Shown here one piece after another: positions 61,614 through 64,000 of a stretch of DNA of 64,000 nucleotides. The notes beneath the pieces were generated by a model. That model saw only the letters and a list, made by a program, of their open reading frames with translations, had not been told where the DNA came from and did no database searches. The stretch lies in contig CM035354.1 of assembly GCA_020137815.1 (NCBI GenBank), positions 4,092,001 through 4,156,000 of the forward strand. The letters are read 5' to 3'. Source of the DNA: Hormiphora californensis. Its lineage: Eukaryota; Animalia; Ctenophora. Each line of letters starts with the position of its first letter. The first letter of the stretch is position 1. Both the position numbers and the translations under genes were made by a program.

Positions 61614-63989
61614 ATGACCACGTCGAGGTATCCCCCTGGAACCCCAAGACCCAGGCCAGCTACCGGCCCATCCACCGGAGCTGGTGGTTATCCCTTGGCA
61701 CAATGCCAGAGGTAAACACCTTCGTAGAGGACAAACCAGTGCTCATGTTTCTCAATGGAATTCTCCGGTCCGCAGCAATGTGGATGGGCGTTAGCAACCC
61801 GTTGCTAGGTGTGGCTGTCCTTGTTGCGTGTGGTTTGGACTCTCTCCTAACCCTCTGCTACGTGACCTGGTCCCTACTAATAACCATGATGTGGAGTTGG
61901 GTGTTGGGCGTCCCTAAAGGCCTCATCTGCAATGGTCTCTACCCCCTTCACGGTCTCCTGGTGGCCTTTGTTGTGTGTAAAAGCAGTGGTGGCGTCGAGG
62001 ATTTACCGACTAACCTGAGTTTCTTGGTGATCATCCTTCTAATGAACATTATCATGCATCGAGCACTAGTTTCCTACTTTGTCGCCCAACTCAAGACAAG
62101 TCCATGTCATGCTGACTTCCCTCGTGACTGGGTTTGTGTACCTCGCTATAAAGCACACTAGCACAAGAATGAACCCTCCTCCCTCTCCCGCTGAGGTACC
62201 GGGCATGCCAATAGGAAACGGTACAACCCTAACGGACTCTCTCTACTGGATGGCTGTGGGGATGAGCAACATGGTATTCTCCAGCAACATCTACTGCTCA
62301 CTAGTTCTTACAATAGGCCTTGTCCTCAGCTCTCCCATCCTCGGATTAATGTCCTGGGTTGGCTAGCGCCTGTGGCGGTTCTCACAGTCCTAATGGTGGC
62401 ACCATACAACCTCACTGACTCTACAATCCAACTGTACCTCTTCCAGGGTGTGCTAAACATGGGCAGCGTGGCAGGTCCTCTTTTTCGTTCTCAACAGGGA
62501 ATCATTCCTGCTGGGTGTCCTGACAACTGTTTCCTCGACCCTTATCTCCATTGCTCTCCATGTGGTAGCCGGACAGGTCACTGTGATCGGGGCCCTAGGG
62601 ATGCTATCTAGTCCTAATTCCCGTGCCACATGTTCGGTAGCTACTATTCCACGTGTCATCCCAGTAGGATTTGGTATCCATGACGACCCCGGAGGAACAC
62701 TGCAGGAGGTACAGGCTGTCTAAACACGTGCTGGGACAACTAAAGGGTGAACGGGTCTGGTTACTGAAACAGAGATCTGAAGTGTTTAGCAAGATCGAAG
62801 AATCACTACTCCCTGCGCTAATGTGTTCCCTGGCGGGTCAGAATGATATGGATCGGTTGAGGAGGCTGCTGGAGTTTGGTGCTAACCCGGACACCCCTGA
62901 TTATGGGGGCAGGAGCCCTATACACGTGGCAGCTAGTGAGGGAAACAAGGAGGCTGTGTACGTGTTGCTGAGATACAGAGCTGATATCAACAGGTTGGAT
63001 AATGGGTGTCATACCTGCCCTGACAGCGGCCCTAGTCTCACCGTCACTTTGATCTAGCTCTCTACCTTCACAGAAAGGGTGGTAAGGTTCTCCTTCCTTC
63101 AACAGAACCTGGCCACCACTCTGTGCGAGATGGCATCCAAGGGGGACACCACAGCACTGCAAATGTGGATAGGACTGCGGGGTTAGTCCGTCTAGTGTGG
63201 CTGATTACGGGGCACGGACTCCGCTGGAGTACGCTGCTAACGATGCGACAAGAGCAGTCCTTGCACGGCGGTGTGTTCGACTCCAGGGTATTCATAGAAA
63301 ATCACATCGCCCTCGATTTGGATAAACCTGTTCCCCGGTTCACCAGGATTAGAGCGTGGCCTACCCCAAACGTGGATTCTGTGGTAGTTGGGGGAGGTGT
63401 TAAACAGCGAACAAAACCCCTTCCTAGCTGCCCCACTCGTGTGTCTCCTTATGTTGCTAGGCGACGGAGAGATGCTGCGAGAGTATTTCAGACTACACTC
63501 CACCAGCCTCCACACGTTACGAGACTTATGACTGGTCGGACTCCTCTTCACATGGCGTGTAGCACGGGAAACATAGCTGCTGTCCGGTTACTGCTTTGGA
63601 ACAAGGTGGATATCAACTGCCATGGACAGGTTTGGGTCAACTCCCCTTACTTGAGGCATGCCGGAGCAAGCACGAGAAGGTAGCGAGGTATCTGGTGCGG
63701 CGGGGTGGTACTCTCCCCACCAAATACACCCCGGACCTCTACTGGGCGGTGTGGGACAGTGAGTATGAAGATGGTGACGAGACTGGTGGAGTGTGGGGCA
63801 GATCCAGGGAGGGTTGACTACGCGGGACGGAGTCCACTGGACATTGCTAAACCGGCCATGCGGGAACACATCGAGGGGCTGGTGAGCGAGGGAGGGGGAG
63901 GAGGGGGAGGGAGGAATGCAGCACCATCACCAGAGAACACCAGCATTCAAGTCCGATCATCGCTAAGAAGAGGACGTCCAGCACGATAA
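61614..63989 (+). CDS. Urea transporter (UT/SLC14)-like domain fused to C-terminal ankyrin repeats; intronless, several frameshifts
   Basis: GTMPEVNTFVEDKPVLMFLNGILRSAAMWMGVSNPLLG and ICNGLY parallel UT-B GDMKE..LKDKP..FIDWILRGISQVVFVNNP and ASGLYGYN; second repeat GMSNMVFSSNI..LSSPIL; UT tail MTTPEEH; then DYGGRSPIHVAASEGN, TGRTPLHMACSTGN, DYAGRSPLDIA. Start codon uncertain (61614 or 61703; acceptor at 61548). Confidence 0.8.
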
Positions 63990-64000
63990 CCCTGACGGTG

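Noticed and set aside
1-64000. tRNA, rRNA or spliced-leader RNA genes
   Set aside because: No convincing cloverleaf, rRNA or SL-plus-Sm-site pattern seen by eye; tRNAscan-SE/Infernal would be needed to exclude them.

Overview
Gene-dense eukaryotic (animal) genomic DNA with short GT-AG introns, (GA/CT)n microsatellites, LINEs and MITEs. The gene style (LRR-less multi-LDLa GPCR, nested antisense genes, splice acceptors just before start codons) suggests a ctenophore, but this is inference. Left to right: 3' end of an unknown gene; a Helentron/HINE-like element with a 21-bp-phased array of RFX X-box motifs; an intronless mucolipin (TRPML); a divergent homeobox gene (-); an intact 11-exon secreted MACPF gene resembling anemone PsTX-60/AvTX-60 toxins, with a full-length antisense L2-type LINE in intron 5; three tightly packed co-oriented genes (orphan, duplicated D/D-motif protein, 27-exon IFT172) that look operon-like; two antisense genes nested in IFT172 introns (LDLa-7TM GPCR; membrane-anchored START-like protein); SNX1/2 (-) head-to-head with a CCDC66-like gene carrying a CR1-type LINE in intron 1; an ankyrin gene (-) head-to-head with a urea-transporter/ankyrin fusion. 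Many coding regions have single-base insertions next to identical bases, most likely assembly errors. Most notable: repeat-borne X-box arrays in and near a core ciliary locus, the putative trans-spliced operon ending in IFT172, the MACPF toxin-like gene, a possible -1 frameshift joining LINE ORF1 and ORF2, and the UT-ankyrin fusion with altered pore motifs. All gene models were built by eye without database searches.
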